A stretch of 64,000 nt of DNA from the human T2T-CHM13v2.0 reference genome, Homo sapiens: assembly GCF_009914755.1 (NCBI RefSeq), contig NC_060927.1, one strand, 5' to 3'. Below, in pieces: positions 49,533 to 64,000 of the stretch. Both the position numbers and the translations under genes were made by a program. Position 1 is the stretch's first letter; each line of letters starts with the position of its first letter. The notes under the pieces were generated by a model. It was not told the origin of the DNA, made no database searches, and worked only from the letters and a program-made list of their open reading frames with translations.

Positions 49533-51468
49533 GGGAAGCAGAAGTCACATTACCTGTCACAAAATTGATACTTGGAACATCTCTGCTTGGTGATTTCTAG
49601 CTGCATATCATGGTCCATATGTAGAGAATTCTTCAGTAGGGTTGGTCTCAAAAATATAATATACAAAACTACATTTTAATTTTTCTCTACCAGTTACTTA
49701 TATGAGAAATCCTTTGTACCAGGTCTCTTGATCTATTGTTTAACTTTCAAAGAGAGTATCGTATGTAACTTAGCATACTTTTGGAAAGCAAACTGAGGCC
49801 ATACTCTAATGCTGTCTGAACCCCTCAGGTAAATATGGCCTGAAAAGTTACTTAAAATTCACCTCATAGCCAGGCAGCCAGCCAAACACATGTTCTGTGG
49901 CCTTTTACTTTCTTCCTCCCACCCCCTTTTCACCTTATTCATAAATGTGCATGCTCACTTTTCATGTCATTCTGCTTAAAACCTTGAGTTGAGTGGCTTT
50001 TTAAAAATTTGTGTTGAAGTCATAACAGTTGATTTTGGAACAGAAACCCTACCCAGTTTCTTCCTGAGCAAGAGAGGTGCATTTCACTTCCCAAAGCCTT
50101 GAAGTTGACAGCAGGGCAGTAAGAGCTGTCTTCAGTCCTGCTGGCCTCATACCACTCCCTGCATTGACTCCTGGCCAGCTCGGGGAATGGAGAAGCCTGA
50201 TACAACTTGATCTACAGATTAGGGACCACCCCAGTTGTAGACTTTCTTAAAAGGATTCTTTATGAATTAGAAGGAAGTTGAAGACAACTCTTTGTCTTTA
50301 ATAATGAACTTTCCCAAAGTTGTTTCTAGAAGATCTGCTTAATCAATGCAGTTTTTCTTTGCACTTTTCTTTCCTTGTAGTGTCCTGAATTTGGCAATGA
50401 TTGTTCTTCTGTCTTCATGTTTGTTCCTAATGAAAAAATACTGTAACATTTTTTATTTTCTTGCGGACATACTGATTTTGTGATGTGTTCGTTTTTACCT
50501 TACTAAAGATATGTGTTTTAGAAGAAATCTCATTTTATTTGGTTGGAACACAAATTTTGTGCCAAAGTAAATATCTTAGTATTTAATACTGTAAGCACTT
50601 TGTGTCCTTCCAGTCCATATGCCATAATTCTTTCAAACTCTGGGAAGAATGCTGTGGTTGGAAGATTATTCTGTTGTATGTTACTATGAACGCATTAGTC
50701 ATTTTGTTGCATTACTTGTTTGCCTGTTTTTGGTCACTGAGTAATCGGTGCAAGATGCTTTAACTGTTTCCACAAATGGCAGTGGCATGTTGTCACAGCA
50801 TCTAAATTGTTGATAGTCTTGGATTGCATTAAATGCAGCACATTTAAAAATATGTCTGATCTTGTCAGTATGTTTCTTTTCTATTTTCTTGTTCACTGTT
50901 TTCCATTGTGAAATGATGTGTAGTCATCACACTCCTTTGTAATGTGAAATTGCTCTCTTTCTGTTTGTCCAGATGTTAACATGTTGGATACTATATACTA
51001 TAGTTTAGTTATAGCTATATACTATAACTAAAATGTTCTTTAATGAGGTTCTTATCTCTGTGTAATCCACTGCAAATGAATTATTGCCTTTTATTGATGC
51101 ACATATATTCCCCTTCAGCATTTCCCCTTTGTTCTCCTCTCTGTCATAGAATCATGCTTAATATGCACAGTGTCTAATTATGTATTTTCAGCACTGTAAC
51201 AGACTAAAATATTACAAGCTAAGCAAGCCCACATATGATTCTTTTTATGAAGAAGAACCAAAGGTGTTGGTAATATTGTGTGGTATTTCCCTCTTAATCA
51301 GGACCAAGCTCATTTGTCACCTCAGAGTTAGAAAGCAAGATGGAGCAAAAATGATAGCCAAGCAAGGCTGCAATAGGTCACCTTTGTTGCACAAATTAAA
51401 ATTTATATATGTGGCAGCTTTTATGTGAATATTTAACAAAGAAAAAGTACATGCAAAAAGTAAATCTT

Positions 51469-51834
<366 letters not shown>

Positions 51835-51882
51835 TCACTATATTTTAATTTAGTAGGAATATCTGTAATTTAAGAATTTATA

Positions 51883-52180
51883 GGCCAGGTGCAGTGGCTC
51901 ACTCCTGTAATCCCATCATTTTGGGAGGCCGAGGTGAGCAGATCACCTGAGGTCGGCAGTTCGAGACCAGCCTGATCAACATGGAGAAACCCCGTCTCTA
52001 ATAAAAATACAAAATTAGCCAGGCATGGTGGCGCATGCCTGTAATCCCAGTTACTTGGGAGGCTGAGGCAGGAGAATCGCTTTGAACCCGGGAAGTGGAG
52101 GTTGTGGTAAGCCAAGATCGCACCATTGCACTCCAGCCTAGGCAACAAGAGCGAAACTCCATCTCAAAAAAAAAAAAAAA
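51883..52180 (+). mobile_element. AluSp-like SINE
   Basis: Full dimer. Confidence 0.9.
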
Positions 52181-53056
52181 ATTCCTAAAACATTGAGCAC
52201 ACAGTCCACCCTGCAAAGACTGACTCAAGAAAGTTACTTGGCTTTACCTTCTTGCCGTGGGGCCAGAGTCCTTGCCACCCCCTCACGTACTGGAGGTAAG
52301 CAACAGGATCCCCCTGGTTGAGCTGCCTTCCTGTGGTTCTGCTTCACAACTCCTGCAATGGAGAAATAAGTGCTTTGGTGCACAGGGCAGACTAGATGTA
52401 AGAATGGTGGAAAAGGAAAGTAAGGGAAAACTTGTCAACAAAGTACTCTTTACTTATTCTTTATTAGTCCCTGTTAAGAATCAGATCATGGGTCATTGAG
52501 AATTTATTATGTTCCAATTTGCAGAAACTAGTGTAGGTACAATGACTTTGCCTTGGCAGTATGCCAGTAATCTTCTGCCTTCTGGAAGGAAGTCCACAGA
52601 TCTTCACATCAACTGAAAAAAGCTATCATAAAGTCCATGAATTGTACTCCTTTATTTCATTCTCTGGCATACTATCCAGGCTTGTTGTGGGAATGTTGTT
52701 AGGTAACAGGGAGTTTCTTTCATATTTTACCTCCCTCTCTGTACCTATATCTTTCTTCTCTTTTTCTGGTGACCTCTGTGTTGACCCTAAGCCCCATCTC
52801 TCCTGTCTAATGTTTTTATACATTTATATTCCTTCTTAATATTTATCTTTCTTGAGCATGATGATGGGCTCCTGATAAGTCATTCCAAGGTGTTTACATT
52901 TTTCAGAAGCACCTTTATAAAGGTTTCCTTTATTGAAGAATTTCTAGGATATAAGTAGAGAGGAACTGGAAACTTTCTACCCTCATAAGCTACATTTAGG
53001 GACAAGGAGGAACCTTTCTGGTATACGTTACCTATGGTATATCTATTTTATATTCA

Positions 53057-53398
<342 letters not shown>

Positions 53399-53714
53399 AG
53401 GGATGGCAGAGTGGGGTAGTGGAAGTGGAGACAAAGGCACAGCCAGTAGCAGAACAATCTCTGTTCTTTGACTGTGAGCCCAGTTTGCGTGTAAGATGCT
53501 GTATCTAGAAGTGGAACCAGTCTAGAATTTCAGCCTCCAGGCACCATTTAAAGTAGGGGTAAGCCATACTATGTTTCACATTGGTCTCACCTTTAAAAGG
53601 CAGATGGTCTTTAAAAAGATGTGACTCTATCTGAAAGTCAAAGTATATACAGTGAATTGTTTTCCAGAACAGAAAATGACAAGTTTTGCTATTTAAAAAT
53701 TTCTACTAGAAACA

Positions 53715-54025
53715 GGCGGGGCACGGTGGCTCATGCCTGTCATCCCAGCACTTTGGGAGGCTGAAGCAGGTGGATCACCCTAGGCCAGGAGTTCAAGACC
53801 ATCCTGGCCAACATGGTGAAACTCCATTTCTACTAAAAGTACAAAACATACCAGATGTGGCAGCAGGTGCCCGTAATCGCAGCTACTCAGGAGGCTGAAG
53901 CAGGAGAATCACTTGAACCTGGGAGGCGGAGGTTTCAGTGAGCTGAGATTGCACCACTCCACTCCAGCCTGGGTGACAGAGCTAGACTCCGTCTCAAAAA
54001 ATAAACAAATAAAATAAAAATAAAA
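53715..54025 (+). mobile_element. AluS-type SINE
   Basis: Full dimer, flanks aaaatttctac. Confidence 0.9.
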
Positions 54026-54073
54026 TTTCTACCGAAAACAGAATTTTTAAAATGACTTAGTTGATAACCTAAG

Positions 54074-54414
<341 letters not shown>

Positions 54415-54742
54415 TAGTGGTCGGTACTTCAGATACATTTCTTTGCTTCATTTGCCTAGAAAATTCACTTATCCAGAACACTTTAATACCCAGTAATGCT
54501 GGGTAAAGGGAAACCTATTGGGAATTAATACTTTTTACTTCAAGACTAAAATAGCTTGGCTGACACTCCTTACTAGGATATAAACTCAGGCTTCCTAACA
54601 TTGGCTATGGAATTTTTCTTCACCTACTTTTCTTTTGCTCAGTTTGAAATTTTCCTTTTCTCCTGTAACTCACTTGGTGGAAAAGTGATCCTTTATATTA
54701 AAAACAGATGACAAAATGGTGATTACTCTTAATTTTTTTTAA

Positions 54743-55106
<364 letters not shown>

Positions 55107-55258
55107 TTATGAGTGCAAGTTATTCCTCCTTAAACAAAAAGACTTGACTTTGGTGTTCCAGGTGACTAAATAGGATCTGGCGTATAAACCTGATTAGAAC
55201 CATAACATCATACCCATTTTAAGTTGTATCTGCACACTTTTTTTTTCTTTGCCTTTAG

Positions 55259-55393
55259 TATGAAAAGACACAGACTGTACTCTCAGAACTGAAGTTGAAG
55301 TTTGAAATGACTGAGCAGGAAAAGCAGTCAATCACAGATGAGCTCAAACAGTGTAAAAACAACCTGAAGCTGCTCCGAGAGAAAGGAAATAAT
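55259..55393 (+). CDS. SLMAP: SLMAP 135-nt exon, YEKTQTVLSELKLKFEMTEQEKQSITDELKQCKNNLKLLREKGNN
   Basis: long poly-T tract and gcctttag| acceptor, |gtaagt donor, phase 0-0. Confidence 0.96.
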
Positions 55394-56714
55394 GTAAGTC
55401 TTTGCAAACTTGGCTTAGCTTTGATTGAGAGGCACATGAGAGATTGAAATTGATTTTCAGAGGACTTTATCACTGATTTGTGAAGCAAATGGTACAGATG
55501 AAATAGGCTTTTCATTATGAAATTCCATGATAGAATCATTGTGCTGTCAGATTTTTGAGTAAGAATTTGTACCTTTAACCTATACTCCTAGAAGAGCCTC
55601 AGGACTGCCTGGAGGAAGAGCCTTGTTTGCAATAAAGCAGCTTGCTTAAGAACTGTCAGCTTTTCCCAGATGAGTCTGAAGCTCTGTCACTAAGCTATCA
55701 TCTGGCTCTTGTTTCTCCCCTGCTGGGAAATGAAGCATTGTACCACCAGGGATCCATTTAAGAGAGAGTAGTACATGTTGTTCTTATACCAATAATGTTC
55801 TCACTGAGGCACAATTTCTAAAAAGCTTAATGTCTCTTTGTCATTCTGTAAATATTAGAAAATATTTGGTGAGTTTCTGTAGGGCTGTGAGAGAGAGAGA
55901 TGAACATTTTGGTATAAATTGAGTTTAATTTTTTTGTTTTTCATTTGCTAGAAAGACAGATGGTCTTTAAAAAGATGTTATACTAAATAAATGTTGTGTT
56001 GTACGTTTTGGTGATCGTTACCTTTGTGGGCCCTGATAGATGTTTAGTGTGGTTGGTTGTGCTCTGACTTATTTAAAACCACTGTCATGGCTTGGACACT
56101 GCAGTGTGCGTGAGCCACATACTTCCTATGGAGGAAGCCACTTCGCTTACCTTGCAGCACAAGTACAAAAGAGTGATGTTGCATGGCCATCGTGTTACTC
56201 ATTTGCACACAGAATGCTCATGAGTTGTGTCCAACTGTCCTTTGCTAAAGAAAGTCTTAGTTTGTAGACAGTAAAGTCTTGCTGCTTAGGTAGAAGCCTT
56301 TTAGAAGTTGATGAACTGGGTGTGGAGGCTTTATGCTAAGGAAAAATGGTTTGCATTTACTTTTCAAAATGTAGATTACATAACTCTTCTAAAATCAGAT
56401 CATAATGGTTTGGTTACTTCTCTTTTGTGTTAATTCATATCCCTGGGATTATGGAATTTCAGTCTACTGCTAAATTAACCCATGAAGACATCTAGCATAA
56501 TCAGAATGGATCTCCCCATACTATTTAGAACCTTTTCAAAAGTAACTTTGCTATTATTATTTATAGCTACCATTCACCTTAGGGGTGAATTTCCTTTTTT
56601 TGTGATATTGCACCTATGGTATTAAAATATTACTCTGTAATAACACTCATTGTAGCAGTTTTCTTTCCATTTTAAAAATTAATTGTATTCTGGTAACATG
56701 ATTGAAAGCCCTGA

Positions 56715-57035
<321 letters not shown>

Positions 57036-57306
57036 TCTGCCTGTCTTTATATACCAAACCTTTATTACATGTGAAATCTCTTGCCTGATTTAGGAAGCAC
57101 GCATTATCACAGGGCATTTATTTTGAAGCTTGAAAGCAGTATCATCTAATAAGCAAAAGAGCTTTGGTTGAAAAAAAAAATTTGTTAGAGGGATAAAATA
57201 ACCATTGCTGAGGGAGTACATTGTCAAATAATGGATTTCAGGTATCGAGCAAAAATAGTGTACTGTCAAGCAGAGAGCATCAGCTGGTGGTGAAGTATTG
57301 TCAGTG

Positions 57307-57652
<346 letters not shown>

Positions 57653-57694
57653 TAGAATGTTAGGTACACCCACATTGCCCATTGCCTTCAGCTG

Positions 57695-57990
57695 TTTCTT
57701 TCTCTTTTTTTTTTTTTTTCAACGGAGTCTCTCTCTGTCACCCAGCTTGGAGTGCAGTGGCACTCTCAGCTCACTGCAACCTCTGCCTCCTGGTTCAAGC
57801 AATTCTCCTGCCTTAACCTCCAGAGTAGCTGGGATTACAGGCATGCACCACCATGCCTGGCTAACTTTTGTATTTTTAGTAGAGACAGCATTTCACCATG
57901 TTGGCCAGGCTGGTCTCAAACTCCTGACCTCAGGTGATCCACCTGCCTCAGCCTCCCAAAGTGCTGGGATTACAGGCATTGAGCCTAACG
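57695..57990 (-). mobile_element. AluS-type SINE
   Basis: Reverse Alu. Confidence 0.88.
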
Positions 57991-58214
57991 GTTCCTAGCT
58001 ATTCCTTTTAAACTGATAGTTTCCCAACTTGCATACCACAGTCTATCAGATTGTGTTAGATGTCTTTAAAATGTTTGAATCTGTGTAAAACCTGAGTGGT
58101 ATACTTCTATTATTTCATTCTTTCTTCCTACCTCCCACCCTACTGGGGTCTGAATCCTCTTATCTGATTACTTTCATAGCATAAAATGATTTTAATATGC
58201 CTTCCCTTCTTTAG

Positions 58215-58298
58215 CCTTCCATATTACAACCCGTCCCAGCCGTATTCATCGGCCTATTCCTGGCTTTCCTGTTTTGGTGTTTCGGTCCATTGTGGTAG
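58215..58298 (+). CDS. SLMAP: SLMAP alternative tail-anchor exon TM1/TA1, PSILQPVPAVFIGLFLAFLFWCFGPLW* (exon runs to 58304)
   Basis: cttcccttctttag| acceptor, TAG 58296-58298, |gtacaa donor at 58305; strongly hydrophobic 27 aa. Confidence 0.93.
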   Translation, partial: PSILQPVPAVFIGLFLAFLFWCFGPLW

Positions 58299-59665
58299 AG
58301 AAAGGTACAAGCACTATTGTTGAGTCCTTGTCTGTTTGTCCCCGTCACCTTTTTGTGCCATATTTGTAATATAGTGCATGGCAAGAACACACAGGTATTT
58401 TGTTACCTGAAGCAAACCCTTCATTTAGTATGCCGTGTATTTGTGTCATACCAATGAACTGAACAGTCAACTAATCCCATAACTTTTTGTCTTGTTTACT
58501 TTGTAGTAATGCTAACCATGAGTTAATTCCAACCTAACCAGTTGTTAATATGCTTCCATTAACTGAGTCTTTATCTCTAGCAAACTGGAGTGCACTATGA
58601 ATTTCTGCAATATTAGTACCCTCTTTCCAATTATGTGTTTAATCAGATTTGAATGAGAAATGAAGAGTTTGCCTCCTTGAAGTTTTCAGCCAGCCTTCTT
58701 CCCCTTCCTCCTTATCCTCTTCCTTTTCATAGTGTAGATTTTCTTTGTTTCAACCCTTTGCCTGTTTATACTATGGCTATGAAGATGAAAAATAATGAGA
58801 TTAACATAATGAACCATTGGCTCACAATCTCAACCCTATTGTGTACTTGCAAGGATATAAATGTATCCCATTTCTTTCTGAGCCCTGACCTGCAACATCA
58901 GAATATTTCTTTAAAAACCAGTTTTTCTCAATAACACTTCTGGAATACAAGTAAAAATAAAAGTGTCAACCAAAGCAAGTTGATCTTATAAAGCCCTCTA
59001 AAAGCTAGCAGGCAACAGCCCATCCATGCTTGTTTCTAACTGGCATGCATGTTAGTAGAGCATATGCGGTGATCATGTGGCTTTATTACACTGAACAGAG
59101 TCTATACCAGAATTATCAGACAGGCAGGATCCCTAATGTTACTTTTCCATCTTGAACCCTGTTTGATTTTGTCTTCTGTGGTTTCAAGTTGGACGACCAA
59201 AGCCTAGACCATTATCACCTTAGCCACTATCCCCTTGCATAAAATATCCCAACATGTGAGTCTGGTTCTTATCAAGAAATAAACATTTTAGGCAGAAACA
59301 TACTACAGGTGTCTATATACATCAGTTATATTGGAATATATGGATACCAGAGTAAATAAAGCAGGCAGAGCCCACAAATTTTCTTAGAAGTCACTATTAG
59401 GTTTCAACTGTAACAAAGTTGAAAACTTCCCAGGACTTTCTTGGGACGTGTTAGACTTCCAAATTGGTGTTCCTGCTATTATGACTCTTCTTATACCTGC
59501 ACTCCCTCACTTTTTTTTTTCTTTTCAAACTTTATATTTATGATGCAGAAATAAGATTTTTCCAATATTCTGTTAAGTATTCAGGACTCTCTGGAACCAA
59601 GGGGTTAATAGGTATGAAAAGAGAGGGGAGAATGTGATATTGACTCTTGGTTTCTTTCCACACAG

Positions 59666-59758
59666 AAACCCTGGCCCTGGATGCCCATGTTGGCTGCCCT
59701 GGTTGCAGTAACAGCCATCGTGCTGTACGTGCCAGGTCTGGCCAGAGCTTCTCCATGA
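59666..59758 (+). CDS. SLMAP: SLMAP last exon coding part, tail anchor TM2/TA2, KPWPWMPMLAALVAVTAIVLYVPGLARASP*
   Basis: tttctttccacacag| acceptor, TGA 59756-59758; hydrophobic core flanked by K and R. Confidence 0.95.
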   Translation, partial: KPWPWMPMLAALVAVTAIVLYVPGLARASP

Positions 59759-61514
59759 GAGCGTTCCTTGAGTCCGTACACCGTCCTCCCTCTAGAAGCT
59801 GGCATCACACTCATGCTGGGGACAAACAGAACCATTTTCTTCCTCTTTACCTCTTAAAACAGCAGAAGTACAAGAATACAGCTGTAGGGTCATTGCTTTA
59901 AATTATATAAAATGTATCTGTCTATAAAGAAGATATAAAATTGTGACTTTATTCTACTGTAAGCAATAATTTGCTTGCAATTTTTCATGTAATTTTTAAA
60001 TTAGTATGTTAAGATTCTGAATATTATGGTGGCCTAAAGTAGGCTTCTTGGTACACCAGATTATTTATAACATTAAATTTATGAGTATTTTACTCTGAAT
60101 TCTGATCACCAGATAATTCATTTTTCTGATTTGATAACTACCCAAACCAAACAACCAATACATACATGGGAAGAGAGGCCCTGTGTGCTCAGTGCCTATC
60201 AGTTTGAAATATATACACATATATATATTTTTTACATATTTACGCCATTTTTACTTGTTATGAAACCACTGAGCTATTGGGAACAAGACTTAGAGACAAC
60301 TATTTGCGTGGATTTTTTTTTTTTTAAGGAAAAATACGTTTGGAAAATAAACTGTTATGGTGATAATTTGGGGAATATGTGCACGCTTGTTCAGCCTTAA
60401 TGTGACTTGAAGATGTGGAGGACATCAACTTTGAAAAACTTTCCATGAGAGTGTATTTTCTTGAGCAAACTGAAGTATTTCTGGGAGCAAAAACATAGTA
60501 ATTACACAATTTCAGTGCAGTCAACCAAAATGTTGAGTCAATTGGAATGTAATTTATTAAACCATGTATTTAAAGAGATATTTTTCTTTAAAAGCCAAGT
60601 TACTTTCTCATATACAGCATTTTAGGAAGCATGATTTTTTTTTTCTATCATCTATTCCTCCAAGCATGTTTAATTGAAGAAAGTATTAATATCTCTTTAG
60701 ATAAGCTTGTATTGACCTAATTTGGTTTATGATGTGTCAGAGCTAATTCATGTTCAGGGTGAGCGTTGTACCTACCAACAAATTTCCTGGTTGGGTATGC
60801 AAATGGTTATTTTCTTTTTATTGTTGTTAATTGGGACTTTCTGTTAATGAAAAGCACTATTCCCAAGATTAATAGTGTTCTATGCACAATGAAGCACCTA
60901 AAAACACTGCTTGATATTATAAATTTAAAACACAAGTGAAAGTTTAGCCATGGTTTTGTGCGGCATCATAGTTATGTCAATAAAGTTTATTTAGGTCATA
61001 GAATATCCTAAAGTATCACATAGTTAAATTTTTCAGTCAGTGAAGACCGGGAGGGAATGTCAGTGAATTGGCTTGAATGTTCTGTGGCAATCCACAGGTC
61101 TAGCCAAATATTGAAATAGGAGTTTAGGGTATAATTTGCCTTGTGATGTTTGGCAGTCACTGTTTATACTTTAAAGGTTATATTTTAAGCTATTTGAGAT
61201 TGCTTTTGGGAAGATCACTAGATTTATGGAGGAATTAGTCACAAATGACTTGTAGAAAATACTGTCATATAGTTCATTTCATCATTTTCTGTTGCAGGAA
61301 GCCACTCCACCACAGAATGCTAATATGCCAGTGGTACCCAGTACCTCTTGTATATAGGTTATTGCAAATATTGTTCTGAAATGCTTAACTTCAGAATTAC
61401 ATTTTTTAAAGTAAATAATTGTTTTAAATCTATTTTGTAAAGATATAAAGTACAATAGAATTTCTGGAGTACAGATTAAACTATTTGCACTAACACACGT
61501 GACGTGCATGATTT

Positions 61515-61520
61515 AATAAA
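61515..61520 (+). terminator. Likely major polyadenylation signal
   Basis: AATAAA with upstream TGTA elements (61349, 61436) and downstream TG/T-rich tgtttgagttg (~61543). Confidence 0.65.
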
Positions 61521-62039
61521 ATAACTTTACTCTCCCTACGCATGTTTGAGTTGAATATCATTGAAGTTCTTAATGCTGACTCTACTATTGGGTTGTTAAT
61601 AGTCTTCTCTTGACATGACTCTTTATGCAACATAACATACATTTGGTATTCTTCAGGGTTTAAAAGAAAACACTGAGCTGTTTCCTCCAAGTTTTATTAA
61701 CCTTTTATTTAACTTACTGCTTTATTTTTTTCTCTTTTAATATGGTTATTGTTAAAATGAGAGTCACTTGCTAGACTGGTCTCTTTAAATGTAAGGTCTA
61801 GTATCAATATTTACTTCATTCAAGTGGAATAAATGGCTTTTTGTAGTTACTTCCAGTTTTCCTCAAGAATAGAAATAAGTCTGTTCATAAGCAATACCTT
61901 CAGTTTTGTTCAGTTCACTTCCACGTTAAATAAAGAATAGGATTATTCACTGGTAATAATAGAGTCATTAAGAAATATTAAGCATTGCAGCTAAAAATTG
62001 AACAACCCTGTAATGATACATTTAAGAATTATTCAAAGG

Positions 62040-62280
62040 TGCTACATGGCAGGGTTAGAGAATAAAAAGAACGTGGTGTTTGAAGCAAAACAGATCTGTA
62101 TTGGCATCTTGGTTCTACCTTTTATCAGATGTTGTTGCCTTGTGCAAATCACATTTTCTCTGAGTCTCCATTTTCTCATTTATAACATGCGGAGAATAAT
62201 ACTTATATTTGTGGTAGTAGTGTGAACATTAAAAAGATAATGTATGTGAAGTACCATTCGAGTGGTGAATACGTTTTTAT
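62040..62280 (+). mobile_element. MIR SINE in distal 3' UTR
   Basis: ccttgtgcaaatcacattttctctgagtctccattttctcatttataac. Confidence 0.7.
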
Positions 62281-62350
62281 GAGAATGTCATACTGAAAAA
62301 ATATTGCAAATATTAAAGTTTTAGGTAAGCCTAAACTTTAATCTACTTTA

Positions 62351-62356
62351 ATTAAA
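62351..62356 (+). terminator. Candidate distal polyadenylation signal
   Basis: ATTAAA followed ~30 nt later by GT-rich tctgtgtatgagtgagatatgtgtg. Confidence 0.5.
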
Positions 62357-62766
62357 TGAATTGATTGACTCAACCATTCAGAATTTCTGTGTATGAGTGA
62401 GATATGTGTGTAACATTATGAATCCTGAGAAAGCATTATCACCTAGCTCTGTTTGTCGCCTTCATAGTTCACTCTTTTGGAAGTAATATGCTTGGTTTGG
62501 TGATGAACCAATTGCCCACAATGGTTTTGGAATTCCTGTTGTTATTGCCTTTAGAGCCACTTTGAGTCACATGTGAAAACCATTCACGTTGCCCTATAGT
62601 CAGAGGCTTTCAACCAAAACTAGTATTGCCTACTTGATCTCTCACTTTAATCACTACACTTGACCAAAATCTGGTGACTCTTGGCTGCTTCCAGTGACTA
62701 TCTACTATCAAAAGGATGGGAATCTGCTACCAAAGAGAAAAAACTGCATGCAAATCAACTGAGTTA

Positions 62767-63090
<324 letters not shown>

Positions 63091-63129
63091 TTAAAAATTA
63101 CAGCCTTGCTCCAAAAAGTTCACTTCTGG

Positions 63130-63800
63130 ATAATTATTTTGAGAACATAATTATGTGCATAAAAATTTACTAGGACATGTAGTGCAGCATTTTTATCATA
63201 GTGACATAAACAACCTAAGTGGGTCATTGGTTAAATAAATTAATATTACCACTCTATAGATTACTGTGGTTACAAAGTATGTAGAAAGATATTCATACTA
63301 TATTAAGTAAAAGAAACAGGTTACCAGAGTAAAATAAACCTGGTTTTATAAAGGAAAATAAATGTAAACATACAAGATATGTTTGTAACAGGAGAACTTA
63401 GGAAGATTTATACCCAGACTGGTAGTAGTGGTTGTCTTTGTATGATTGTGGGTAAATTTAAATTCCCTTCCACCTTTATGATTTTCATTTTTTTTTTTTT
63501 TCTGAGACAGAGTCCCACACTGTTGAGTGCAGTGGCATGAATCTCGGCTCACTGCAACCTCTGCCTCCTGGGCTCAAACAATCGTCCTATCTCAGCCTCC
63601 CAAGTAGCTGGAACTATAGGCATGTGCCACCGCACCCAGCTAATTTTTGTATTTTTTTGTAGAGATGGAGTTTCCCTATATTGCCCAGGCTGGTCTCGAA
63701 CCTTCTGGACTCAAGCTATTGTTCACCTCAGCCTCCCTTTTGTGATTTCTAATTTATTTTTAGTAATTAACAAATATGTATTGCTTGTATAAATTTTTTC
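63130..63800 (+). mobile_element. L1ME-like fragment interrupted by a minus-strand AluJ (63488-63740)
   Basis: aaacaacctaag...ggttaaataaatt...attaagtaaaagaaacaggttac. Confidence 0.6.
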
Positions 63801-64000
63801 AAGCTAAAATAAATTCCAAATTGGCTTTCATAGTTGAATGAGTAATTAACTTGTCAGAGTACCCACCCCCATCTTTAAAGGGGCTAATGTTCATTTGCAC
63901 TGAGGAATTCTGGTGTGTTCACTCAACAGTCAGTCTTATAATGTTAAAAATGCTTTGTACATATATTCATAGAACTATAATGCTGGAGAAACCCTTAACA

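Larger units (their letters stand above)
59759..62380 (+). other. SLMAP: SLMAP 3' UTR (alternative ends near ~61000, ~61540, ~62380)
   Basis: Alu-free AU-rich sequence after the stop; AATAAA at 60346, 60979, 61515, 61828, 61929, 62061; ATTAAA at 62351. Confidence 0.75.

Noticed and set aside
55255-55539. 94-aa minus-strand ORF overlapping the 135-nt exon
   Set aside because: Antisense shadow of a coiled-coil exon; no splice or promoter support

Overview
Primate (almost certainly human) genomic DNA containing the 3' half of SLMAP (sarcolemma-associated protein, a STRIPAK component) on the + strand, recognised from the translated exons. I can place 12 coding exons with GT-AG boundaries (3997-59758). 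They encode the central and C-terminal coiled coil and leucine zippers and the two alternative tail anchors (TM1/TA1 exon 58215-58304; TM2/TA2 in the last exon from 59666). A ~1.8-2.6 kb 3' UTR with several poly(A) signals follows. The N-terminal FHA-domain exons are not seen and presumably lie upstream of the window. Introns are dense in Alus (about 60 copies or fragments) plus MIR, L2, old L1/HAL1, MER33, MER58, MER20, an MLT2A-type LTR and another ERVL-type LTR. Nearly all other ORFs in the track are repeat-derived noise. I found no new gene or prokaryote-type system. The most interesting signals concern isoform architecture: in-frame tandem TM exons separated by a single TAG, seven consecutive phase-1 symmetric exons, several intronic read-through ends with poly(A) signals, QKI/RBFOX motif placement, and a candidate internal muscle promoter/enhancer for the short isoform. 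Two clear fossil rearrangements are also visible: a MER20 segment copied into an Alu, and an Alu-Alu unequal-crossover duplication. Repeat subfamily names and boundaries are by eye and approximate.
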